Virus record (IMG/VR): IMGVR_UViG_3300046323_000202
Span: 1 to 52,826 of that record
Origin: a virus
Taxonomy: Duplodnaviria; Caudoviricetes
Reading direction: 5' to 3' (one strand)
Length of the DNA stretch: 52,826 nucleotides
The translations under genes were made by a program, and so were the position numbers. Of this stretch, positions 1 through 9,600 are shown in pieces. Positions within the stretch are counted from its first letter, which is position 1. Every line of letters begins with the position of its first letter. The notes under the pieces are model-generated. The model saw only the letters and a list, made by a program, of their open reading frames with translations. It was not told the DNA's origin and did not search any database.

Positions 1-339
1 GCCGTTACATCCGCAATTACACGCCACGGTCTTCTGCTGAGTTATACATCAGTCACAACTGGAGCTTATGACGTAGAAACTGGAGCACCAGCGATTACTC
101 GTGTACTGTACTCTCTTTTGATGTATCCAAAGCAAATCATTGCTAACTCCTATAACTACCCTTCACTCGTAGGTAAAGAATCCTCTATGTTCTATCTTAG
201 TGCTGCTGGACTGGCGTTCACTCCTAAGATGAACGATGAGATTATCTATTCAGGGAATACCTACAGAGTTCAGTCCTATCAATCCCACGTAGCAAATGCT
301 AGTACTGTCCTTTACAGGATTATCGCAGTAAGGGGTTAA
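1..339 (+). CDS. Head-tail joining/head closure protein (5' partial)
   Basis: Frame +1 is open from base 1 (AVTSAITRHG...GAYDVETG...), so the gene starts before the window; GxYDxxTG motif and position upstream of neck/tail genes. Confidence 0.7.
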   Translation, partial: AVTSAITRHGLLLSYTSVTTGAYDVETGAPAITRVLYSLLMYPKQIIANSYNYPSLVGKESSMFYLSAAGLAFTPKMNDEIIYSGNTYRVQSYQSHVANASTVLYRIIAVRG

Positions 340-348
340 GGGGTTAAT

Positions 349-834
349 ATGCTTTCTATTGACGTATCTAAGTTAATACTTGAGTTAAAAGAATACAAAG
401 TAGATGTACAAAGAAGATTAGAGAATATGGTAAGTGGATTCTCTTATGAGTTAGCATTGACTGCTATTGATAACACTCCCCTTGGTGATTCCGAGGCTTA
501 TATCAAGCTCTATAAACGCAGAGAGAAAGCCTACGGGTTACTTCCAGAGGAAGGTCTAGCTAGAGGTGGATGGCAAGTATCTCTTGATGGTTCTTTGGAC
601 TTTCAACAGATATATGGCTCTGGCTCTGGAGATACTGCTGGTGCTGCTGTGAAGATTCATATGATGAACTACAAGCTCGGTGAAGAAGTAATCATCGGTA
701 ATAAAGGGCCGTACATTAAGTACCTAGAGAATGGTAGTTCAACTACTCAAGCTCCTGATGGTATTATGCAGCCAACAATAAATGACATAATGAGCGCACA
801 TAAGATTAGTCTAAACCGATACTACAACGAATAA
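349..834 (+). CDS. Neck/tail completion protein (HK97 gp10-like)
   Basis: TPxG...G.ARGGWQVS, IGNKGPYIKYLENGSSTTQAPDG motif; synteny. Confidence 0.8.
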   Translation: MLSIDVSKLILELKEYKVDVQRRLENMVSGFSYELALTAIDNTPLGDSEAYIKLYKRREKAYGLLPEEGLARGGWQVSLDGSLDFQQIYGSGSGDTAGAAVKIHMMNYKLGEEVIIGNKGPYIKYLENGSSTTQAPDGIMQPTINDIMSAHKISLNRYYNE

Positions 835-842
835 GGGGCAAT

Positions 843-1253
843 ATGTCAGAAATACTGAATATAAAGAAAGCAGCAGAACGAAAATTGTCCTTGATTACTC
901 CAACCGTACCTACAGGATATGAAGCGGTTGATTTTAATCCTCCGGTTGATTCAATGTACCAACGGTGTCAATTCAGGATTGACTCTCCTGATGACCCTAG
1001 TTTACCTGTTGGGTTCCACAGAGAACAAGTGCAGATGCAAGTGTTCGTTTGTGATATTAAAGGACACGGTACAGGTTTAGCTCTTGCTCGTAGTGAGTTG
1101 ATCCGTAGTACTTTCAAACGAGGTCTAAGTATGATTGAAGGTAATGCACGGATTCGTGTCTTGACTACACCTCATATTGGTTCAGCATTCATATCAAATG
1201 ATAGGGTGATTGTACCAGTGATGATCGAGTTAACTTGTGACATAGATACATAG
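843..1253 (+). CDS. Tail terminator protein
   Basis: Size and position between neck gene and major tail protein; motifs FNPP, QVFV...G.GT, F.RG. Confidence 0.7.
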   Translation: MSEILNIKKAAERKLSLITPTVPTGYEAVDFNPPVDSMYQRCQFRIDSPDDPSLPVGFHREQVQMQVFVCDIKGHGTGLALARSELIRSTFKRGLSMIEGNARIRVLTTPHIGSAFISNDRVIVPVMIELTCDIDT

Positions 1254-1358
1254 GTTACTGAAAAGAATACAGCCAGTTGGCTACGTATGAATTGCTCTAG
1301 GCAATTATGGCAGCTATGCCTGAATAGCATTATTTGCAAATAATTAAGGAAAATATAA

Positions 1359-2576
1359 ATGGCAACAAAAGCAAAAGGCGTAAGTAAATTAGTCGCCTAT
1401 AAGAAAGAAACTACTTTCGGTACAGCAGCCGGTACTTCTGGCGGTAAACTCCTACGTAGGACTACCGCTGATTTTACTAGTAATCGTGAAAGTTATGAAT
1501 CCTCTGAGATTCGTGCTGATCGGCAAGTAGCTGATTTCCGTCTAGGTACTAAAAGTACTGATGGCTCATTGTCTGGTGAATTGTCTCCGGGTTCTTACTC
1601 TGATCTGATTCAATCAGTCCTAGCTAAGGATTTCGCAGTCGGTGGTACAGCCGCTGCTATCAGTGTTACTATTGCAGCTTCTGGTTCGTTCTTCACTTTG
1701 ACTCGTGGTACTGGTTCTTACTTGACTGACAACTTCAAAGTTGGTGAAGTCGTTCGTATGACTGGTGCTGGTTTGAACGTAGCTAACGTAGGTAATAACT
1801 GCCTAGTAGTCGCTGTGTCTGCACTCGTGTTGACTGTACGTGTTATCAGCGAAACTACTCTCATTGCAGAAGGCCCGATTGCTACAGTTACTATTACTGC
1901 TGCTGGTAAAGAGTCTATTGTACCTTTGACTGGTCACACTGATGATTCTTACAGCGTAGAAGAGTTCTACTCTGATATTGCTCAATCAGAACTCCACACT
2001 GGTGTTAAGTTCGGTAACTTCTCAGTCAATGTGCCAGCTACAGGATTGGTTACTACTGACTTTACAGCGATGGGTAAAGGGCTGGCTCTAACAGGTACTA
2101 GTGCTTATTTCGTAGCACCTGCTGCATTGTCCACGACTGGTGTAGTTGCTGCTGTTAATGGTGCAGTTATTATCAACGGTTCAGCTACTACTGCTTGCGT
2201 GACTTCGTTTGATCTGTCAATTGACCGTGAAATGGAAGCATCTCAGTGTATCGGTTCTAACTCCGCAGAGGAAATTTTCACTGGTGTTATTCGTGCTACT
2301 GGTAATCTCTCCATGTATTTCGAAGACGGTGTTGTGCGTAGTCTCTTTGAGAATGAATCACTGGTTACTCTGGTGTTGGCTCTCGCTACAGGCACTGAAA
2401 AAAATGCCGGCGTTATTACATTCACTATCCCTAAAGCAAAGCTTTCCAGCTTCTCTAAGGCAGATGGTTCAATGGGTATTACTGCTACTTCCGCATTCAC
2501 TGCTATGTTGAATGATGTTAGCACTGCTGGTCTGCCATTGACTACTATCCAAGTTGTTGATACCGCTGTAGTTTAA
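1359..2576 (+). CDS. Major tail tube protein
   Basis: AYKKETTFG, ESSEIRADRQ, G.LSGELS motifs; strongly biased codon use; SD AAGGA; followed by terminator and chaperone. Confidence 0.9.
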   Translation: MATKAKGVSKLVAYKKETTFGTAAGTSGGKLLRRTTADFTSNRESYESSEIRADRQVADFRLGTKSTDGSLSGELSPGSYSDLIQSVLAKDFAVGGTAAAISVTIAASGSFFTLTRGTGSYLTDNFKVGEVVRMTGAGLNVANVGNNCLVVAVSALVLTVRVISETTLIAEGPIATVTITAAGKESIVPLTGHTDDSYSVEEFYSDIAQSELHTGVKFGNFSVNVPATGLVTTDFTAMGKGLALTGTSAYFVAPAALSTTGVVAAVNGAVIINGSATTACVTSFDLSIDREMEASQCIGSNSAEEIFTGVIRATGNLSMYFEDGVVRSLFENESLVTLVLALATGTEKNAGVITFTIPKAKLSSFSKADGSMGITATSAFTAMLNDVSTAGLPLTTIQVVDTAVV

Positions 2577-2590
2577 TAACTAGATGAATA

Positions 2591-2630
2591 AGCCCCGGAT
2601 ATCTTAAGTGATATCTGGGGTTTTCTATTT
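2591..2630 (+). terminator. Rho-independent terminator
   Basis: Stem CCCCGGATATC/GATATCTGGGG followed by TTTTCTATTT. Confidence 0.85.
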
Positions 2631-2648
2631 GAGCCTATCACATTTCAC

Positions 2649-2677
2649 TTGCATATTAATACCCTCAATGCTATAAT
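2649..2677 (+). promoter_or_regulatory. Sigma70-type promoter with extended -10
   Basis: TTGCAT-17 bp-TATAAT with TGn before the -10, upstream of the chaperone gene. Confidence 0.75.
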
Positions 2678-2754
2678 AGATTTTGACGAGATATACATCC
2701 AGTATACCTCAATTTAACCAAGGAATAAAACCCTGAACAATAAAGGAAATAACC

Positions 2755-3156
2755 ATGCTTGACTTAGCAGTAAAGAACCTAGCCGACCAATCCGAAGCAG
2801 GATATGAATTTGAGCTTACTTGGCCTCCAACTGGCGAGAAGACCGGGGCTTTTATTAAAATTCGTGGAGCGCAATCCAAGGTTGCCCGCGCATTCGCCCG
2901 TAAGAAGTACACTGAGTTTCGACAGAAAGAGCAGATGGCTAAACGTAAGGGGCGCGAAGAAGAAATGTCATTGGATGATGCTGAAGATATGGCAATTGAA
3001 ACTGCTATTACTCGGATCATTTCATGGAAAGGTATTACTAATGCAGGAGTGGATGTTCCTTTTAATAAAGAGAATGCAGAACGTATCCTTCGTGAACATT
3101 CATGGATCAGGGAATCTATCGTGGAGGAGAGCGATCAGCTCCTGAACTTTCAGTGA
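2755..3156 (+). CDS. Tail assembly chaperone (gpG-like)
   Basis: Between major tail and TMP; G.FI.IRG..S and IISWKGI motifs; ends NFQ*. Confidence 0.85.
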   Translation: MLDLAVKNLADQSEAGYEFELTWPPTGEKTGAFIKIRGAQSKVARAFARKKYTEFRQKEQMAKRKGREEEMSLDDAEDMAIETAITRIISWKGITNAGVDVPFNKENAERILREHSWIRESIVEESDQLLNFQ

Positions 3157-3538
3157 AGAGGACATTCTAGCTCTTAAAGAATACGCTGAGCAAGAGTTCA
3201 AGTTAAGTGCCCATCAAAAGGATGGGTCTACTTTAAGACAACAGCTAGAAGCAGTCGAACGTATCACTAAGAAGAAACCCAAGGAATTACTTGATCTAGT
3301 AGAGATACCAGATACTATGCGTGAGTACTGGCAGTGGTTCCTTGATTTGAATACTACTAGACCGAGTTCAATGAACGGTATATCTAGCATTCAGTATCTT
3401 GAGATGATGGCTTACTTTACTCTTAATGGCATCTGTGCTGAACCACAAGAGGTGCAGATAATTAAAATGCTTGATGGTGTAGCTATTAGTGCTGCACGCG
3501 AGCAAGAAGAGCAGAATAAGACCAAGAATAAAACGTAA
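3146..3538 (+). CDS. Tail assembly chaperone frameshift extension (gpT-like)
   Basis: Frame +2 is open from 3146 with no ATG until 3317; W..F..L...R motif; reachable by +1 shift at AAC TTT CAG TGA. Confidence 0.75.
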   Translation, partial: TFSEEDILALKEYAEQEFKLSAHQKDGSTLRQQLEAVERITKKKPKELLDLVEIPDTMREYWQWFLDLNTTRPSSMNGISSIQYLEMMAYFTLNGICAEPQEVQIIKMLDGVAISAAREQEEQNKTKNKT

Positions 3539-3547
3539 TAACTAACT

Positions 3548-3573
3548 TAAGCTCCTTCGGGGGCTTATTTTTT
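3548..3573 (+). terminator. Rho-independent terminator
   Basis: TAAGCTCC-TTCG-GGGGCTTA followed by a T run. Confidence 0.85.
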
Positions 3574-3631
3574 AATTAAATTCTCTGAGTCTAATTAAGA
3601 AATAATGCAAGAAAAGAAATAAAGGAATAAC

Positions 3632-6600
3632 ATGTCCCTCGACCTAAGCACGATAAAATTTCAAGTTAATACAGACGATTTAGTTGAAGCAGTTAAAAAG
3701 ATTGAGACACTGGGAAAGAGTGTTGAAGGACTAGCTACGTCCCTTGGAAAGTTAGATAAGGCTACTGCTGAAGCTAACAAGGAACAATCTCAAGCTAACC
3801 TTAACAACGCTAAGACTGAAGCAATTAATATCAAGAATGCTAAAACTCTTCGTGATTCAGCAGCAGCAAGTGACGAGCTAACAGACGCAACACGGAAGCG
3901 TCAATCCGTAGAAGAGCGTCAGGCTGCGATTACACGTCTTATGGCCGAAGGTAACTCCAGAGGCCAAGCGTCGATCCTAGCCACCGCTGAAGCCCTTGGT
4001 GAAGCTACTGAGAAGACCAATGAGTATCTTAAAGCTCAACGTGCAATGTCGAGCAACAATCCGTTCGACCGCAGTTTAGGTGCAGCTACTGTATTCGCTA
4101 ACGAGTTAAAGGTAGCCACAGTCGCCAGTGATCTCTACAATAAAGACTTAGGATTTACCAAGAATCAACTTCAAGAGTTGGGGCGTGAGCATGTTCGTCT
4201 GACTGAGCAATTCAAAGTCCAAGGTAAATCCTTGTCTGGACTTGATGCTGAATTCAATAAGATCGTCCAATCCGCCCAGCAAGTAACTCAAGCTGAAAAT
4301 GCAATGGCAGCATCCATGAAAAATGGACAGAAGGCCACAGTTGACGCAGGTAAAGCAAACGCATATATCGAAAGCGAACTCCAGAAAGTACGATTTGCTT
4401 TACAGGCTAATAACGAAGAGTTAAACCGCAGTACAGCTAACTCATTAGTGCGCTTTGAGAACGCCCTGAAGAAATCAGGTTTAACCCTAGATCAACAGAA
4501 GGTTAAAATTGATGAGTACCGTAAGGCTCAAGTAGAACTACAGAAAACTACCTCCGCAAATCAAACTGACTATATTACACGGGCAGTAGGTCCACAAATT
4601 ACGGATATTGTCGTAGGATTATCCACGGGTCAATCACCCCTAACAGTGATGATGCAGCAGGGTGGTCAGCTACGAGATCAGTTCGGTATGATGGGTATTG
4701 CTGCTAAGGATATGGGCGATGTAATGCGCAATGCCATGAAGGGTATGGCTCAGTCCGTTTTTGATACTGGCAAGGCTATCGGTAGTATGCTTGTTGGCGG
4801 TATTTATGATGCTGGTAAAGCTGTAGTTGATTTCGGAATGAATCTGACAAAAATGAATTCATTACTAGAAGGTGGAAAGCGTCTATTGGCAGCACAAGGT
4901 GAAGAGGGATTTAAGTACATTGGTATGCTTAATCGTGCTGGCGCAGTATTAACTGGTGTATTTGCTGTAGGTATTGCTGCTGGCGCATTAGTGGTAGTAG
5001 CTTTGGGTATTGCCTTTGCTCAAGTTACTAAAGCCCAAGATGATTTGACTAAAAGCTTAGTAAGCTCTGGTGCTCAACTTGGATTATCTAATGTAGATGC
5101 AATCGCACTAGCTGAATCATTAAGGGGTGTAGGGTCTACATCTGTTGAAATTCTTGCTGCATTTACACAAATATCAGAGTCTGGTAAGATCAGTCGTGAG
5201 TCTTTAGTTGCTGTTGCTGAGGCTGCATTACTTCTTGAAAATGCTGGTGGTAAAGCCGCATCAAAGACTATAGAGATGTTCACTAAATTAGCTGATAAGC
5301 CAATGGAGACATTATCAGAGTATGCACAGAAAACAGGGTTAGTAGATCAGGCAGAAATGCAAAGGATTGATACTTTAGTTAAGCTCGGACAGGAAATAAC
5401 AGCTACAGAAGAGTCAACTAAGATACTCACTAAAGCAACTGAAAATGAGGCAGCTATCATGGTAGCTAGTCTTAGTGATGTGTCACGCCTGTGGTTAACA
5501 GTCAAGGCTGGTACTAGCGAAGCATGGAGAGCAGTACAGGAGTTTGCTAGTTCCGCTGAAGTAATGAGTGTAGTCAAGGTTGTACTACAGACTGTAGCAG
5601 TATTGGCTACTGAAGTATGGTATGGCATTAAAGGTATTGGAGAATCCCTTGGTGGGCTAGGCGCAATAGCTGCTGCCGTGATGACTGATATTAAGAACTT
5701 AGATACTAACTTTACAGCTTCTAAGGGAATGTTGGGAATGATTGAAGAGCAAGATAAGGCTCGTGCTTCCTCCTATAATGATTCAATTGCTCGCATTATG
5801 CAAGAAGGTAAATACTCCAGAGAAGAGTTAAATAAAACCGCTGCACTTGCTGCTACTGGTCGTAAGGTTACCGCAGATGCTGAAAAAGATCGAGTAGCGC
5901 ACGAACTAGCTATGAAACCTTGGAGAGAGCAAGAGCAAAAGAGTCTAGCTGATAATCTGACTAAACAGGAATTCATTAAGCAAGCCATTGACAAGACTAA
6001 CAAAGCTCTAACAGAGGGTAAGACTTTACGCGCTGAAGAGATTGCTCAGATTACTAAATTGGCCGGTGCTGACTGGGATAAGTCCAACAAACCAAAGAAA
6101 ACTAAGTTAACTGATGAGCAGAAAGAAATAAATAAAGCTCGTGAAGAATATATTGATATTCAAAATAAAGCTATTGGTGTAAATAAGGATTTTAATAACC
6201 AATTAGAACGCCAGAATTTATTATTTACTAAAGGTGAAATCTCCGAAGAGGCTTACATTAAAGTAGTTCAAGATTTAATCAAGACTCAACCTTTCTATAT
6301 CAAAGGCTTAGCGGACGAAGAAAAGGCACAGAACGCTGCTAAAAAAGCGGCTGAAGATCACATGAAATTAGTGGAAGAATTCACTAAGATTAAAGCTAAG
6401 TTTATTGCTACTACATTAACTAATCAAACAGATATTACTAATGAGACTGCTTCATTAAAACTCCGTAATGAATTATTGGGTAAAACTGAAGAAGAACAAA
6501 AGAAGATTAATCTGCAATATAAAGCGCAAGGTGATATTACTAAGATTAATCTTAAGTACGATAAGCAACGTCTTGATTTACAGCAGGAATACTTAAAGTT

Positions 6601-9600
6601 ACAAGCCGATGGTTTTGATGTTGACTATGATACATGGAATGCTCAAATCAATGAGTCAGTAAGACAACAAGGTGAGGAAGCTAAACTAGTATGGGCTGGT
6701 GTAGCAATGAGTGCTGCTGAAAATTTACAAAAAGAATTCGAGGCTATTAAATCAACAATCACTGACACAATTGTCACTGCCCTTTTTGACGGCGGTAAAG
6801 CTGGTAGTAAAAAGCTCAGAGATCAAGTTGTAGCTGCATTCCGTAATAAAATCACAGTTGTAATTGACGCTGTAGTTAACACTGCATTGTCTGGAGGAAT
6901 GAACGCGCTAGGTATAGGTAAAGGCGCTGGCGGTTTAATGTCAGGTGTTGGTACTGCTGCTAATTTGTACAGCATGGGTAGTGCTACTCTTGGTGGTTTA
7001 GCCTCTGGTGCTACAAGTTTAGGCGGCATACTGTCAGCGACTGGAGCGTCTGTTGGAACTGCTGCCACTTACGGTACAGCTATTGGCTCTGCACAGACAG
7101 CAATGTTAGCCGCACAAGAAGCAGGAATGGGTCTTGCTGGTGCAGCTAACGGAATAACTGCTGCGCTCGGAAGTATACCAGTATGGGGGTGGTTAGCTAT
7201 GGGTGGTTTAGCCCTAGCAGGTGCCCTTCAGGGTGGTGAAACACGCTCTGGTGGTCAGTACTCAAGTACAGCTACTACAGGTGCATCATTAGTTTCTGGA
7301 CCTTCTGGTGGAGAAATAAACGGTGCTGTTGCGCGTCAAATGCTTGATATTACCCAAATGGGTATTAACGCTATGTTTAAGGCTGTTGGTTCTACAGCAA
7401 CTATTGCAGCATTTACTGCTGGTTTAGAAAGCTCAGAAGCTGGTAAAGGTTTTGCTTACGCAGGTGGTACTTTATCAACAGGAGCAAAGTTCGGGGACTT
7501 AAACAGTTACATGAATAATCGTGGTAATAAAACACCCGAAGAAGCAATGGCTGCTTACAAGACTGAATTATTGCAGGCTACCCTTGGTGCCCTTAAAGCT
7601 GCAACCGATGTACCTCGGACAATTCAGAATATCATTGGTGATACTGATATTGGTACATTGACTGAATCAGCGGCTACGGCATTAATGAGTCAGATCAGTA
7701 CAATTATTACAGCAGTTGATTCTTTGAAGTCTTCACTTCTTGTACTTCCATTTGAATATCTAAAGAGTCTTAGCTTTGATGCTGCTGCTGGTTTAATTGC
7801 CGCTGCTGGCGGTTTAGAGACATTAAGCAATAACCTTTCTGGTTTCTATGATAACTTCTATACTGAAGCTGAAAAGACAGCTAATCTAACAAAGAACACA
7901 TCTGATGCATTCGCTGCAATGAACATTGAGATGCCCAAGATTGATGAGAATACACGTAATTGGTACAGGTCAGAAGTTGAGCGATTAGGCGCGATGGACT
8001 TGAGCATTGAATCAAACGCTCAAGCCTACGCTTCAGTACTGGGTCTACAAGGCGCTGTAAATACCCTAGCACCTGCGTTTGATTCCGTTGGTACATCTGT
8101 TAGTGATTTGGCAGAAAGCGCTAGACAAGCTGCTGCTACTATGGTTAGCTCTTGGGCTAGTATTATGCAAGCTCGTGGAGTAGCTAGTTCAGATGTCACT
8201 AGGTATACAGCACAAGCTAGTATTGATGCTGCTTTCACTCAGTACAAAACAACTGACAAGGCTGGTATTAAATCCGCAGAACAATTCAGTACTATTACTC
8301 AGGCTGATTTCAAGAACTATACATCAGAACAACAGGTATTAATTGCTACTATTTTGACGGGTTTTAAATCAATCGCTGATTCTAATGTACTAGTTGAAAC
8401 TCAAGTTCAGGACTCTTATACACAAGTTAAACAAGCCTCAGAGAATACAGCCGGAGTTGTAAAGGATGCATTTGAAAGCATCAGAGAGAATCTCAGGGGT
8501 ACTTCAGCATCTTTAGAAGTTGATCTGCTTAATGTTCAAGGTCGTACTGCTGAAGCTAAAGCTGCTCAAGTAGCAATTGATACTGCATCTTTTTCTACTG
8601 ATGAAGCTTCTATGGCTTTGTATAGTTATAACCAATCATTAAAGGATCAAATCAGTCACTTCAGTACATTAAAAGGACTGCAAGAAGAGTACGATAATTT
8701 AACACTTAGTCAAGCTGAGAAAAGAAATAAAGTCCTGAACGCTTTAAATAAGCAAGACCCTACAGGTTCTCTTGGTGGAAAGCAAACTGAAATATGGAAC
8801 AAGCAAGACTCTGAACTGGTCAAGCAATCAGTTTTTGATTTCAATAGAGCAATTCTTGAAGCTTCTGGTAATAGCTCCGGTCTTGAAGCATTTGATAAAG
8901 CGGTAACTGATGCTGCACTTATAGCTAAAGGTTGGACATCTGAACAGATTAAAGCTGTTGATGCTGCTAAAGCTAAGACTACTGCTGATACTAAGACTCT
9001 TGAAGACAATAAAGCGTTAGCTCAAGTCCAGTCCGACTATAACAGAGCTTTATTAGAAGCCCAAGGTAATAGCTCCGGTCTTGAAGCATTTGACAAAGCT
9101 ATTTCTGACGCTGCACTTATAGCTAAAGGTTGGACATCTGAACAGATTAAAGCTGTTGATGCTGCTAAAGCTAAGACTTCCGCTGATGCTAAATCAACTG
9201 AGAATGCCATCACAAGAAATTCATGGAGAGATAAGCTCGATGTTCTAATGGGTGCTCGGACTCAAGAACAAATGGATACTCAAAATGCTCTCGCTGGTGT
9301 AACTGATTTAGCCACGGTTGAATTGATTATGCTTGTACTTGGTCTTGAAAGAACTCAAGCTGCTGCTAAGAAGCTAGCTGAAGAGAATGAAAGAGTAGCT
9401 CAAGTTACTTCAGAATTCAATAGGTCACTTCTTGAAGCGCAAGGTAATACATCAGGTTTAGCTGAATTTGACAAAGCTATTTCTGACGCTGCACTTATAG
9501 CTAAAGGTTGGACTCAGGCCCAAATAGATGCTATTGATACTGCTAGAGCTAAAACCTTAGCTGATACTAAAGCAATTGAAGACAATAAAGCGTTAGCTCA

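Noticed and set aside
3317-3538. Independent 73-aa gene
   Set aside because: No convincing SD, and the frame is open 57 codons further upstream, matching a frameshift extension
1803-9009. Antisense and alternate-frame ORFs within tail genes
   Set aside because: Shadows of strongly biased coding on the + strand; no SD or motifs
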